Shown: one piece after another, positions 28,601 through 40,936 of the stretch
Layout: every line of letters starts with the position of its first letter
Position numbering within the stretch: the stretch's first letter is position 1
From: Geosiphon pyriformis uo1
Lineage: Eukaryota; Fungi; Glomeromycota
Reading direction: 5' to 3'
Length of the DNA: 64,000 nucleotides
Assembly: GCA_016748015.1 (NCBI GenBank)
Contig: JAAOMT010000176.1
Location: 296,434-360,433, forward strand
Notes under the pieces: generated by a model
The model's input: only the letters and a program-made list of their open reading frames with translations
Told to the model about the DNA's origin: nothing
Database searches by the model: none
Made by a program: the position numbers and the translations under genes

Positions 28601-30805
28601 TAAAATTTAGTTTTTAGAAAAATATTATCAAATAAACAGTTTTTTTATTTGGTTTTAGTAGTTTTGTAGCTTATAATAGATTATTAAATATACTTTAGTT
28701 TTATATTTAAAAATATGTACCAGAAATAAGATGTTATAATTAGAAAAAAATTTAGGTTTAAGACCAATTTGCCAAAGGGTTTTTTTAATAAGGTTTTGCA
28801 TTATCTGTTTTTATATAGATAGAAATTTTTTGAACAGATATAAATAAAAAACAAAATAGCTTTAGTAATTTGGTTTTTTAATGTAACTAAAATTTTTGCC
28901 AGTTATTTAAGCATTATTTTTTAGATTTATAAATTTTAGAATAGATATCTATAAACTTATTGTAATATTTAATCAAGCTAAAAATTAGTTCTATGAATAA
29001 TTATTTGATAGACATTATAAAATTTTTTTTTAATAACAAAATTTCTTTGGTTAATAACTTGTTCAGTATGTTTTGTGGTTTTTATTGCTTTTTAATGTTT
29101 AAGATATTAAAAAATTCCTATTATTTTAATGTAGTTTACTTTTTAAAGCATTTTAATATTGTCTTTAGAAACATATTATTAGATAAATATAAGCTAATTG
29201 TAAATTAGAAGACTTTTTATTATTGAAAAAAATTAAGTTTTAAAAATTTGGTGCTGTTGTAGTTTATATGAATAATCTAATTATTAAATTTAATAAGATT
29301 GCTCTTATTTCTAATTACTTAGATTTTTTCTGTTTAAAAATTTTTTTGAATATTCAGAAATATTTGTATAAATTATAAACAGATATTTTTAATGTTTATA
29401 TTAATAATTTATTAAAATACTTAAATACTATAAAAGTAACTAGTAAAACAGGAGCTTATTTTTCTAATATTGGAATAAATATAAGTATTAAAGTATATAA
29501 ACTGTTGTTTTTGATAATATTAGAATTGCAGACAATTATTTTGGTATTAAAATATATTTCTTTTTTCTGTTTAGCAGTTTTGTATATAAACAATTAAACT
29601 GCTATTAATATATGTATTTTAGAGCTTAAGTTTTATCTGTCTGATTTTTGAAATAAATATTAGATAAAAAAACATTATGTGGCTAATTTGATTAAGTTAA
29701 AAAATATTTTTATTAAATAAGTAAAAATTAAAAATTATTTAGAAAATATAGGCAATAATTAAGTTAATGCTCTTATTTATAATATTATATAGTTTTGTTT
29801 TGTGCTTTTTATTGAAATTTATAAAAAGTTTATTATAACTAATGATTAAATTATGTTAAAAATATTTATTATTTTATTTATAATATTTATTAAATTGTTT
29901 GTTATGCTTAATAGGAAGCAAATTCTAGTACAAAAGTTATAAATAGATTAATAATTTAGAATATAAATTAAACCAATACAGTTGTGGTTTGGCATTTGGA
30001 TTTTTATATATTTTTAAAGTTTACTAACAAAATTTTAGTTATTTTTTATATATATTTGATAAATACAGTTTATAGAAAACTACTAGTTATAATTAAAAAA
30101 ACTTTATAATAAGAATTATTTAAATGTTTTATGTTTAATATGTAGTAATATTAAACTGTTTAATCACATTTTTATATATTTAAAAGATGTTTTTATATGC
30201 TTTAAATTTTGTTAAGTTATATTAAACTATAAAAGTTTTTAGTAAGAATTTGTTTTTTGTTATTATTTTTAATATTATGTACTTTTTTTTAAAGATTTTA
30301 GATATTAATATATATATAATCTTATATAAAAGCTTTGTTTTTAAGAATTAAATTAATAAAGCAATATTAATTTTTGATAATAAAAAAAAGACTGTTTTAA
30401 TAATAGTTGATTTTATTTGTTATTTGACTAAAAAACATTATAGTAAGTTATAGTTGTTTAAGTCAAAATTCAAAATAAATATAAAAAAAAATAACTTAAT
30501 TAGTAATATAAGGATAATATTTGTTAATTTTTATAGTTTGTTTAGTGTTTTATTAATTAAAATTATTTGTTTGCTTGGTATTATTGAGTTTTTTGCTATT
30601 AGTTTTGAATTACATAAAACTTGTTTATTTTTTTCAAATATTATCAATAGTATAAAATTTATATAAGTGTATAGTATTGCTTTAATTGGTCTAAATGGCC
30701 AGTTATATGTAATAAACACATAAATTATATTTAATTGAAATTACTTAATTTGTTTTTATATACTAGATAGTAGTTAAATTGCACTTATTAAATAAAATAA
30801 AAAAA
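22620..30805 (+). mobile_element. Near full-length, heavily C>T/G>A-degraded LINE interrupted by a solo LTR
   Basis: Colinear with the 40800 copy: ORF1 remnants, KILTTKIDSLKLK coiled coil, APE (TKTKLK, TIDYIF, TDY), RT (LSNDKAA), RNase H, knuckle, 3' UTR and A tail. Confidence 0.85.
23452..24845. mobile_element. Probable solo LTR (1394 bp) inserted in LINE ORF1
   Basis: Starts TGTTA, ends TAACA. LINE reading resumes exactly after it. Flanks TTAG/TCAA are both one transition from a 4-bp TSD TCAG. Confidence 0.7.
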
Positions 30806-32436
30806 ATTAAATTAAATTATTAATTAAATGATAATATGATTAAATAATAAGTAATAAATTAAAACAATATTATATGCTAATTAATAAATAAAAATTATAA
30901 AAATAATTTTATGCTAATTAATAATTTAATTTTTGTTTGATAATAATATATACTATTAAAATATAAATATATATTATTATATAAAATTACCAAAAAGTTT
31001 TTTAAAATTACATTAATATTTATATATTCAAAAATCATATTATTTTATTTGTTATATTTATTATATTAAAAATTGTGTTTAATAAAAAGTAAAATATTTG
31101 AACAAAAATTTGATTAATGACATAAATTAACACAAAATAATATTGATTTAACATTTAGACTTATATATAAAATCTGGTATTATTAATATAAAAACAACAA
31201 GCTTACATATTTATATAATGAAAATTTTATACTATAAACTATTTGTAACTACACAAAAAAATATATGAGATTAAATATTTAAGCTTTGAATACATCAAGT
31301 ATAAAAAAATCGAATTGTCAAATCATGTGTTTAAGTATAATACAAATATTAATATTAAAAAGAGAATTACAAAAAAATATGGTTTGCTTAACCAAATTTT
31401 ACAATTAGTACATCTAAGATTTTACAAAATATAAGGAATTTAAGAAACAGTAAATCAACATCTGCAAAATGATTTTATGTGACTTTAACAAAAAGTTTTG
31501 TGTTAAAGAACTGGTATATTAATACTTTGGGAATATTTAAGTCAACCTAAATAACCACTGATAGAATAGTGAATTTGTACGTATTTTTGTAATTGCACAC
31601 AAAGAAAGAATGTAAATTCTAACTGCAAAGTTGAAAGTAGATAATAATAAAAAAAACTTAATTTAAAAAGAGAATTTAAGCGTGGAATTTTATGTCAATA
31701 ATAGCAAGTTTAATGATGCTAAATTGAAGAATAGAATTGGGTCATCCGAGTTATTCGATGATAAAATTTTTTTTTCAAACATTTAATTAATGGTGTGATT
31801 ATGATAAGTTAGTCAATAAATTGTTGTTTAATGTATAATGTTGTATTATATTTTGTTAAATTTACAATTTAATTTACATATAATGGTTGAAAAAAAATCA
31901 AGTTATACAGCATAAATAAAACTGATTGTAAATTTTTGACTAAATTACATAATGATACCAAAAGTTTAAGAGATTTTACTTGATGAGACTGCACAAAATT
32001 TTAAGACTGCTTCTTGACTAGTGTTGACTAATCATAATTAGTAATCAATTTGTTTTGCCATGATTCAGATACACCCAAAGCGCACTGTCATTCAACTAGT
32101 ACAATACCATCTTTAATTTCTTTTTCTTTTCCGTTCACAATTGCTATACCTTTTATCTTGACCAAAATCAATCACCAGTTGAAATCCGGCCTTTGTAGCC
32201 TACACTTGAAATTTCTTTCCATATCGCAAAGCGTTTTGTGTCGTAAACCGCGTACTATTAGATTTTGTTGGGGTTCGATCTCAACAGATCATTTATTGGA
32301 ATTGCTTATCTTATCAGTTGTGATCACTAAATATCGATTGATTTTGGATAAACTTGGGTGCCTATTAAATAATATTAGAATGTAAATATTCCAAGGTGAA
32401 TTTACTTGCTTACCCCAAAAAATGGGTTGTACTCTG

Positions 32437-35400
32437 TTAAGCCACTTCAATTTTGCTAAAATCCGTTCCATCTTGATCTAAACCCATTGTACTCAATTTC
32501 TCTTTAGTAGAGCTGCTCAGCTTGCCAACATGAATTTCCAGCACATTTCGCAAATTTGTGATGAAGCCGGTGTCATTATCTACTAACTGCACCAGATCTA
32601 TCACATGAAGAGATTCTCGGACTGCTATGAAATGCAGGGAAATTGATTCGCATGTCGAAGGATTCAGAGGGCTAAATAGCGAGATGAAAATGATCATTTT
32701 GCATCCATTTCAGGTCGCCAGATGTGAGTCAAAAATTTTTGGATCATTCATACCCCATTCGAACATTATTCTCAAGACAAATGATATCAGCCTCGTTAGT
32801 TTCAAATTCCAAGTATCTCTTCAGAAACTCTTAGGTCGGGAAATATTCCAAATTGAGGTAAAAATTAGGGTTTTGTGACAGAGAGAAAATTCGAGGAAAA
32901 TCGTACTTTCATTAATCAGGGATATACCGATATTTTCATTTATTCGAACAGATAATCGGTCGGTTAGGAGACCGGTGTTATTTTTTGTACGGATCCAAAT
33001 ATTGCGTGTATCAGTACGTAATTACTAATAACAAGCTTTATATCACCGTAATAACACGAAAACCCGGTCATTAACCAATGATCATCAGCAGAAATAAATG
33101 GTTCTACCAGTAGACCTCAGATATAATGATGAACCGTTATCATATGTGTAGCATGACAATAAATAGCTTTACCAGGATCCTTGTCAGTGAATCAGTTATA
33201 ATTCATTGATATGATTCTTCTGTTATCGAGTACCGTAGTATCACTTAATCATAAATCTGGATGGATTTATGATTAAGGGATACTGAGGTATCGCTATAGT
33301 AAATTTGTCAGCTAGTACGCATAAGATGACAGTCATCTTGCTCATTCAGCTTGCCAATACCCGTTTCTTCCATAAAAGCTTCGACAGTATTCGCCGATCC
33401 ATGTCCTAAGGCTTCTGCAGGGTGTGAGAGCTTTCCAACGACTGGTATAGGTGGAAGGTTCTTAATTGCGCTATTATCGAGAAATTCCTGTTATTATTAG
33501 TAGTTATCGTCCATCTGCTGTTTCATACAAATATTGATAGCTACTTACCTATCATTGGGTCTTCTCCGATTAGGGACTACCACCGTGAATCTGCGAACGT
33601 GTTTTGACCGATTTACAATAAAAACTTGGATATTAAACACGTTTCCGATTATAACCTTGGATTCGACTAAATTTGTGTTTGAAAGTACGGACTTAGTATG
33701 AAATCCAAATCTCAACTAAGGGAGTTCAATATAATTACCAGAAAATGATACCACAACACCATCGCTCACTTCCATTTCCGCCGGCCTTTTGGGTGTCGCG
33801 GCAAGGATGCCATTTCCTACAGCACTAAGAACATCATTGTCTGGAATAGTGGGGAGATTTGCAAAGTTTTTTCTTCCTCCAGCAGAGAAAGTTCCCTTTG
33901 TCGGGGTGGGTGTCATAGCTCCTGAAGGGGAAAATATGCTAGCAGGTCTGGAGGGGGTGGCTGCTTGTGTAGGCGTTTTCATAGAATTAAACTGCATGGA
34001 TAATCTTTGATTGAAGCCAAGTGCTCTCGGAAATTGAGGGGGTAAGGCGTCTTCGCGTCTTCGAAGATTACTCAAATCAAGCATGCAATTCCATCGTGAT
34101 TCTACACTTCGACTCCTTACCCCATCTAATGCAGGGGACCCACGGACAACAATTGATACATGACGTTGTCGATCATCAGAGGCAGTCACGGCTGTGTTTG
34201 AAGAAACAACAGAAGCAATTGATGACCGACGGGAAGAAGTGCGTGATGCGTAAGGTTTTGGAGGGGGAAAAACTTGAGGAGGACTTTTAGGAACAACAGT
34301 CTCTTCGAGTATTGTGATACTATATAAAAATGTAACTTGATCGACTGGATGAAGGGTCAACGGAAACTTATCCTGAAATAAATGTATAAATAGAATACCA
34401 TAAATTAGAAGATTTAATGAACCAAAATCTCGCCAAAATAAGTGGAAAAAAAACAAACATCACTATTTTCAAGCCCCCAATCATATTTTGCGACAATTCC
34501 ACTCGCAATTTCAACTTTGACTGCCTCAACCTCGAATGCACTCCCGGCATCTGTATTGTTTTCCAATTCAACCGACATCATTAGAACATTATCCAGAGGT
34601 GACACACTGGTTGTCCGCATTCGAACATTGAGAGCTGACTTTACTGGTAAAACTCTTCTAAAAACTCGTTTGATTGGTTGAACTCTGGGTGGTAAGGGCT
34701 GGTTAGGATATATACTTTGTCTTTTAAATTCTGCATTACGTATTCGTGCAATTGGAAGGACTAAAGTTGATTTGGATTCTTCAAATGAGGGATCTAAATC
34801 CAAGTCGGCATATTTCTAAAATATTTAATATTGATAGAGTTCTATCTAGAGAATAACAGAGTAAACTAAATGTTTAACTCACCATCATAAAGTCCTTGAA
34901 GCAAATTGACAGTGGTGAAGTTTTCTACTGAATACGGGTCAGTTTCACCAAATTCCTTTTGCACTACTGTTTGGGCTCTTTGGGATACGATAGTAGTGAG
35001 GGCCAAGGCGGGTGATTGCGCACGAGTCTTTACATAAGCTTAAAGCCAAAATTGTAAAAATTTTAACAGATTGAAAACGAAATTCTTGAAAAGCGCCTGA
35101 AAATCAGAGTTTTGTTATAAAAGAAATAGATACTTTTCATGTTATCACATACCAACAGGAACAGCCAAGGGGACAATGCAACACCAGGAACCATTCCTTT
35201 CCAAAACCAGCATTTCACGATCTTTCGCTTTTGGATTATAAACGTACGAGTAAATCACGGTGCCATCAACTTTTGGTACTTTTTTATCCATCGGTCCCGG
35301 TAAAGGGGAACTAGGAGTCGTTGGAGAGGTAGTGTTGGAATTGGAGCGTGATCTGCCCGGTGGAAGACGATATATAGGGGGTGGGGTAGGGGAGGGAGCA

Positions 35401-35748
35401 GTGAGTACACTACCATCTATTAAAGAAGCCTCAGCAAATATTTCAAGCTGATGGAAGAAAGAAGTTGCCGTCGCGTGATCAGGAATGCCAGAATCGGAAG
35501 AAAGACGTAAAATTAAATAAAAAAAGAGCTGTTCATCTTTTCTTGGGAAAAAAGTCACTATTCGTGAATAAAACGAGGCAAGTTATAAAAAGCTAAAACA
35601 TAAAAATATAAAGGTTACCATAATAAGCTTGAGTTCTGGCTCTGGCACAAAAAATCTTTTCAGCGTCCTCAGGAACGCATCGGAGAATGCCATTAGGAGT
35701 TGTAATGTCGAGAATCGCCTCAGAAAATAGAGTTTCGGGAGCTTTCAT
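32437..35748 (-). CDS. TRS65: TRAPP-II complex subunit Trs65 (multi-exon)
   Basis: N-term MKAPETLFSEAILDI...RTQAYYDEQLFFYLIL; SVELEN; GVVVSFS; IQVFIVNRS; C-term IICLENNVRMGPLNPSTCESISLHFIA...VQLVD, typical of the fungal Trs65 domain. Confidence 0.8.
32830..33360 (-). ncRNA. Candidate structured intronic RNA in a 531-nt TRS65 intron
   Basis: Intron about 4-8x longer than its neighbours, CpG-retaining, with several long hairpins (33227-33293; 32970-33069). Family not identified. Confidence 0.4.
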
Positions 35749-35920
35749 GATTACGGGGAACAAGTTTATTGAGGGATGAAAAATTATGAATTTAATTCCG
35801 ACATGCTGCCGATCCAGAGATCACAAATAAAGCAGATATTAAACTTTCCCCAATTTCAAAATTTGGAGATTTTCTATTAAATGTTAAACATTTAACCAAT
35901 CATTACCTTCATAACCCAAT
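35749..35920. promoter_or_regulatory. Probable bidirectional promoter (TRS65/MTC4-like)
   Basis: 172 bp between divergent predicted ATGs. Confidence 0.5.
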
Positions 35921-38900
35921 ATGTCTTCTTTCGACAAGACCTACAGCCGATTGGCAAGGAGTCATTCTTTTGAACAACGTGAAAGAAGTCTACAAAGAGA
36001 AAAAATTGGTAATGCGGGAAGAGGGTTTGGAAGTTTGATCAGTGAGGAAGGTGGAAAAGGTATTATTCTTCCTCAACACGGCATCTTTATTTAAAAGTTA
36101 AAAATGTGTTAACAGAAAATTTCAATGCGCTCACCAAAAAGATTCCGTGGCTGATTTACTAGCAAATGTGAAAGATGAAGATGCGCTAAAGCTGGCACAG
36201 ATCACACAGAGACATGCTAACCAGAAATCCCGGGGACGCAGCTCAAACGAACCAGAGAATGAGAAGAAAGCGGAAGCTGAACACGGTAATGAGCTTTCCT
36301 TAAATTTTTTTCCAAATATAAAATTTAAACTAATGATTTTAGTATGTTCTCAACAGCTCATCTTGCCGAACTTGCTTGATCTAAATGACAAATTTCGGAT
36401 CGATAATCTTGCAACTGTAAGCTGTAAACCTAGCTTCATCATACAGTCGGCAAGATTTTTGATTCAAATTAAAATATTCTTGGATCAAGACAACTTTTGG
36501 CAAGATCCGCTATTGAGAATGGCATTGTTTTATATTCATATGGAGAGTACAACGCGGGACTTTAGAAAATACTAGTATTTCTTCATCAATATGTGGGTAC
36601 ATAGATTTTTCCTTAATGATGGAATCTAAAAGGAAAGTTCAGCGAAAAAGAAATGAACAAACTCTTTTTCAATCAATAATGAATTCAATTCGAAAACTGT
36701 TCGTGACTATTTGTCTTTTTTTCTTGTCAAAATCTTTAATAAAATTTTATCATATCATAAGGGATTCGTGCTTCAAATTTTCTTCCTTCCGAACCCACGA
36801 TCGCTGCATCTCGTGCTTGCAAATCGTTTTTTGAGAAAAAGTATAGTCTACTTTTTGAAATGATCAAAGAAAATCAGCTCTATAATCCACTTCAGGTGAT
36901 TCGAAATCGCCAGGATGAGAGATCCTATGAGGGGTTTGATAGCAATAACTTTTGGGGTGGTAATCGGTCAGGCCTATTTCGAATTCGAAGTGGGGGTAGT
37001 AATTCATCATCAAGGCATCGTAAAAGCATATGGGATATTACAACGGAGGAATTGCTAAATCGTTATCTACACCAAAAATTTCCCATTAATACTCCTAAAA
37101 TTGCGATTGGCGAGATAAATGAAGAACAAGATAAACTTTACACAGTAATTGAAGAGGACATCTTACCGAATTCAAAGACGAAACAAGGATTACCTCATTC
37201 CTCCAAATTTTCTTCTTCAAGCCTTGAGGCTCTCATAGTTAAATCGGAATCAAAACAACCTCGGAATCAGAATCCCAAAAACCGCCGCTTATCCCAACCT
37301 AACATGAGTTCTTTTTCAAATGCACAAAGACCAGATTCAAAGTATTCCGCTGCTCACATGATCAATGATGGTCATTTGTCAAATGAAAATCGTCCGCATT
37401 ATCCCAATACTCGTAAACATCATCGCTCATCTAGCTTAAGTAGTATTTCCAATAATTCATTACCTCTTTCTGCTGAAAAACACAAAGATACACATCACGG
37501 TAAACTGCACCTTTGGTCGTCTTTATTCAAACGAAAGCTGAAAAGAAGGCACAGACATTTTGTTACTGAGGAACATAATCATGAGGAAACTGTTGGAAAA
37601 TCTGACGAAAATCAACATGGGAAAATTAACGAGCCACTAGACGAGTTTCCAAATTCCGTATCCCATTCGTTCCATCGCCATCTCATTCCATCCTCAGATT
37701 CTTCGCCAATGTCCGGCTATTCTTCGATTGATGGAACTCCTCGCAATTCAGCAGAAGATACGTGGTCAACTGTTGAAATTCCTTCTGTTTTGGGCATTCC
37801 AAAACAAGATAATGGCACAATTTCGGATGAGGGGAGCCGTAGCATCAGAAGCATGATGGCTTCCAGTGATGCTGGTGAAACAGAAAAAGATTTGCGAAGG
37901 CGTTCTCCATTTGACCCGAATTCTACAAAGGATTCTCAACCCAGTGAGGAATCAAGTCAAGGACCATCTCCGAGGCAATCTATTACTGATATTGATTTGG
38001 GGAAGGTTGGTTTTATTTTTAATAATGATATATTTTTTACAATTTCTTTTAGTTACAAAACAACTTAAGATTAATTCCTTAATGATTAGGATACTCTTTT
38101 GAATGAGTCAAGAGCACCATGTACTAATTCTGATACTCCACCGTTCTCTCAGCAATCACTCGGACAACAGATAACCTTTAATCCTAGATCAGAGTCTCCT
38201 TGGGATGGTATATTTATTTTTCTCTCGGATTAGATCATTCTTATTAGAACACCATTTATTAACTATTAAGATTCAAGAGGAAAGCGAGACTGAACCCGAA
38301 TATGAGGACCAATTGATTTTCATTGATCGGCAAAATCTGCCCCCCGACTTAGTTTCATATTTGGTCCATCAAGACATGGGAACGATAGTGAACATGGAGG
38401 GCGAACAATTTGGTAAGTGTATTTATGTTGTGATTTTATGACCATATTAATAAGGCTAGAAAACTTCTCATTTATTCTTTCTTTCTTTTGATCCATTCAG
38501 TGGGATTAAATCCAACATTCAAGTATAACAAGTTCATTCGCCATCAAAGTGAGCTTATTCCGTTTTTATTGGCTCTTTTTTACTTTATTTTGATCGATCC
38601 AATTAATAGGATCATTCTAAAAGTCCTTCGAAATCTATATTTCAATGTCAGATGATTTGCTCGATTTACAAGTAACAATAAAGGGTGACCCATCAAACGA
38701 TTACAAAAGGTAATTTTTTATTTATCCTAGTTTTTTTTACTACTGATCAATATTTACGGCTAAATTTGGTTCACGATATCTGTATTAGTACTCAATTAGA
38801 GATGACCAAAATTACAAGTCGCTATCAAAGTTATATCAAAGAGGCTAAAGAATCCATTAATCAGGTGCCAGCAATAATTGGCAGATTTATCTCGTTGAAA

Positions 38901-39725
38901 GTGACAAATTTCGGCTTTAATTCAATTCTGATTCGTAGAGTCATTTGGTGGATCAACTTGATGATATCAGAGCTAGTTTTTTGTTTACGGATGAGATGGA
39001 TGATATCCCCTTTGTTCAATCACCACTATCCACTGAAAAAAATTTCTCAGCCTATCCTCCTATCAAAAAAGAATCTTTAGTTGCGCCGAAATCACAGCTT
39101 AAGACCGAATTACAATCTCTCGAAATGGTCTTAATCAAATTTGAAGGTTTGTTAGAGACATTGAAAATGAAACATTCAAGGTAATTATGTTCAAAAGAAT
39201 CTTCATTATTAACATGTAATGCGTCTAAGATAACCTATAAACTGCATGATAGCCTTGCACAAGATATGCATTCAACCTTGGACCAAATCAATGGTATGGC
39301 TTTGGATGCGAATAAGGATTATGTCCATGAGGTATGTTAACTAGTTTTGCTCACGCATATTATCGGATAAATATTGAACTCATTTAGTTATTCCTTTGTA
39401 GCTGAAACTGTTGGATGATGAAATTCAGGTCTTGACTCAAAAACGCGACGAGTCTTTTTTTTTAGACATTTTCTACATTATGCTATCCTACGTCCTTGCT
39501 GGTAATGTTAGAATCAGACTTTTTTCTTTTTATAGTAAATTATTTGTTTGAAAATCGAGTACTCATGCATTAAATTTGCCGTCCCCATTATTTTCGAATA
39601 CAAAATTGAATATATATACAGGGATTATGTTCATGTTTTGGTTCGTCGTGTATATTTTCAAATTGGTGCGACGGACTTTGCTACTACCACGAACGGTTGT
39701 GAGATTTGCGGTTCGCGCTTTATAG
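35921..39725 (+). CDS. Mtc4-like protein with C-terminal transmembrane segment (multi-exon)
   Basis: YNPLQVIRNR and WDITTEELL motifs resemble fungal Mtc4. Long Ser-rich disordered middle, coiled coil, C-terminal hydrophobic stretch FLDIFYIMLSYVLAGIMFMFWFVVYIFKLVRR; stop TAG 39723-39725. Internal exon boundaries only partly traced. Confidence 0.65.
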
Positions 39726-40936
39726 CATGCTATGAACAATGAGAGTGATTTATTGCTTTGCAGATTTTATTAGATTTCATTCATTAAATTATAAATTTAA
39801 TAATGACAATTATAATTGGACTGTTCATTCCAATTTTGAATAGTGTAGCTTAATAATTATGAAGATTGGAAAGATTTTTCAATATTTAAAAATCTTTTGC
39901 ATACATGTTTTTGATGTGTATATTTCATATACAATAGTTATTTGATTTTTGAAACAAGTTAAAAAACAATGATTTTAATTAATATTTTTATATAATTGTT
40001 TATTATATAAAAATTAAAAACATAAAATAATAATCATAAGGCAAGTTTTATTTTGTTTATATACACATAATAAATATAAAATATAAAAATGGTTTATCAA
40101 ATTATTTAAATTTAGTTTTAATTATGGAAGAATTATTTTTATTAAAATTATTTTATATGCATTTTTTTATACATTTTAAATTAATATAAATTTTAGTTTT
40201 ATAAAGCTTAATATGTTTAAAGAACTTATTTATTAAAGCAATAGAAAAAACCAGTTTTTCAAAAAAAAAATTTTGCAAAAATTATAATTATTAAACTTAA
40301 AAACAAAAAATAATTAATTAGCCAAAAAACTTAAATATATAATAACAAATTATTTAACAATATATTTAGACATTAAAGTTTTATTACATATATTTTAAAG
40401 TTAAAAAAAATAATTTTATACATAAAATAATTTTTTTTTACCAAATTGAGTTTTTTTTAAAGTATTAATTTTAATAATAACAAAATTTAAGATTTTTTGA
40501 ATTTAAAAATTATAATTACATATTTTTAACAAAAATAAAATTTTAATAATTAATTAAAAAATTTATACAATTAAATTAATCAATATTATAAAATAGTAAA
40601 TAAATAACAATTTAAAATTGTTAAAATATCTTTTATTAAAATATTAATTACTTTTTTAAATATAAATTTTAATTTAAATTATTTAAAATTTTTTTTATAT
40701 TAAAAGTTTAAAATTTTATTATATTTTTAAATTAAAAATAATTATTTTGTGTTAATTTAATATAAAAATTAAATTATTATATTAATAATAATTTTAAATT
40801 TCTTTTTCTTGTCAATCCTCTGATTATGACAAGAATGAAAAAAAAAAAATTTTTTTTCTTAAAGCCATAGCCTTTTTTTTCTTCTTTCTCTTTGTTTTTA
40901 CCAGCTATTTCTTCAAACATACCTATATTTGTTGTG

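Noticed and set aside
32050-32471. ORFs downstream of TRS65
   Set aside because: No recognisable motifs; probably 3' UTR.
32864-32873. AACCCTAA as a telomerase RNA template
   Set aside because: It sits at the expected branch-point position (CTAAT) about 35 nt from the 3' splice site.
33060-33090. Hammerhead ribozyme core (CTGATGA plus stem) on the minus strand
   Set aside because: No GAAA after stem II and no matching stems I/III found.
2535-39725. U12-type (minor) introns
   Set aside because: The donors I traced are ordinary GT types; no RTATCCTT seen, though not every intron was traced.
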